Shown here: positions 63,701-64,000 of the stretch, piece by piece | How the letters are laid out: each line of letters starts with the position of its first letter | How positions within the stretch are numbered: the stretch's first letter is position 1 | NCBI GenBank assembly: GCA_950097015.1 | Contig: CATNEN010000003.1 | Span: forward strand, 11,532,001 to 11,596,000 | Length of the DNA: 64,000 bases | Direction: 5' to 3' | Origin: Macrostomum hystrix | Taxonomy: Eukaryota; Animalia; Platyhelminthes | The notes under the pieces: model-generated | The model's input: the letters and a program-made list of their open reading frames with translations, nothing else | Told to the model about the DNA's origin: nothing | Databases searched by the model: none | Program-made: the position numbers and the translations under genes

Positions 63701-63710
63701 CCACCTACAG

Positions 63711-64000
63711 CACAGAACGGCAGCTCGCCAAGCTGAGCTGGCTCAGAAGCGGGCGGAGCGCGAAAGAATCGAACAACTGAAAGCGGCTAAGAAGGCCGCC
63801 GAGCGGGACGAGGCCGAGCGAAAGAAGGCCGAAGACAAACGCCGCCGGGATGAAATTTTCCGTCAATACAAGGAGCGAAAACTGCAGGACGCTGACGACG
63901 ACGCGCCAGGAGGAGGCGGCGGCGGCGGCGGTGCAGGTGGTCGATTTGTGTCGGCGAAGTCAAACATTCGTCGACCGAAGAGTATGTTCATAGCTGCCGC
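63711..64000 (+). CDS. CAMSAP: CAMSAP/Patronin exon 4 (CC3), truncated by the window edge
   Basis: cctacag|CAC (phase 0). HRTAARQAELAQKRAERE...EDKRRRDEIFRQYKERKLQ...RRPKSM matches the CAMSAP CC3 and the RPKS motif. Confidence 0.88.

Overview
Animal (invertebrate) genomic DNA with spliceosomal introns. The polyQ-rich, GC-rich exons and dense intronic minisatellites would fit a free-living flatworm, but that is only an inference. Four intron-containing genes can be assembled by hand from GT-AG boundaries with consistent phase. (1) The 5' part of a Sidekick Ig cell-adhesion gene on the minus strand (exons 33875-33300, 32062-31722, 30954-30724, 4459-4329; it continues off the left edge), with a 26.3-kb intron that is about 70% tandem repeat. 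(2) A complete or near-complete TYW3 tRNA-wybutosine methyltransferase (43324-44923). (3) A divergent NR3-like (ERR/steroid-receptor-type) nuclear receptor only 308 bp downstream on the same strand (45232-49898). (4) The 5' part of CAMSAP/Patronin (53662 to the right edge). The rest is about 20 distinct minisatellite arrays (units 15-44 bp, two with higher-order structure), two families of tRNA-derived SINEs with swapped modules, a decayed RTE-type reverse transcriptase and two MITE-like elements. Almost all long ORFs in the supplied track are repeat artefacts. The most striking unexplained pattern is that several arrays are built from recognisable regulatory words: an intronic 20-bp satellite matching the first 13 nt of let-7 (tandem let-7 sites in the Sidekick pre-mRNA), an intronic CACUAAC/polypyrimidine array beside the donor of the giant intron, a tandemly amplified 3' splice site in CAMSAP, and an intergenic cluster of five perfect CREs. 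Function for any of these is untested.
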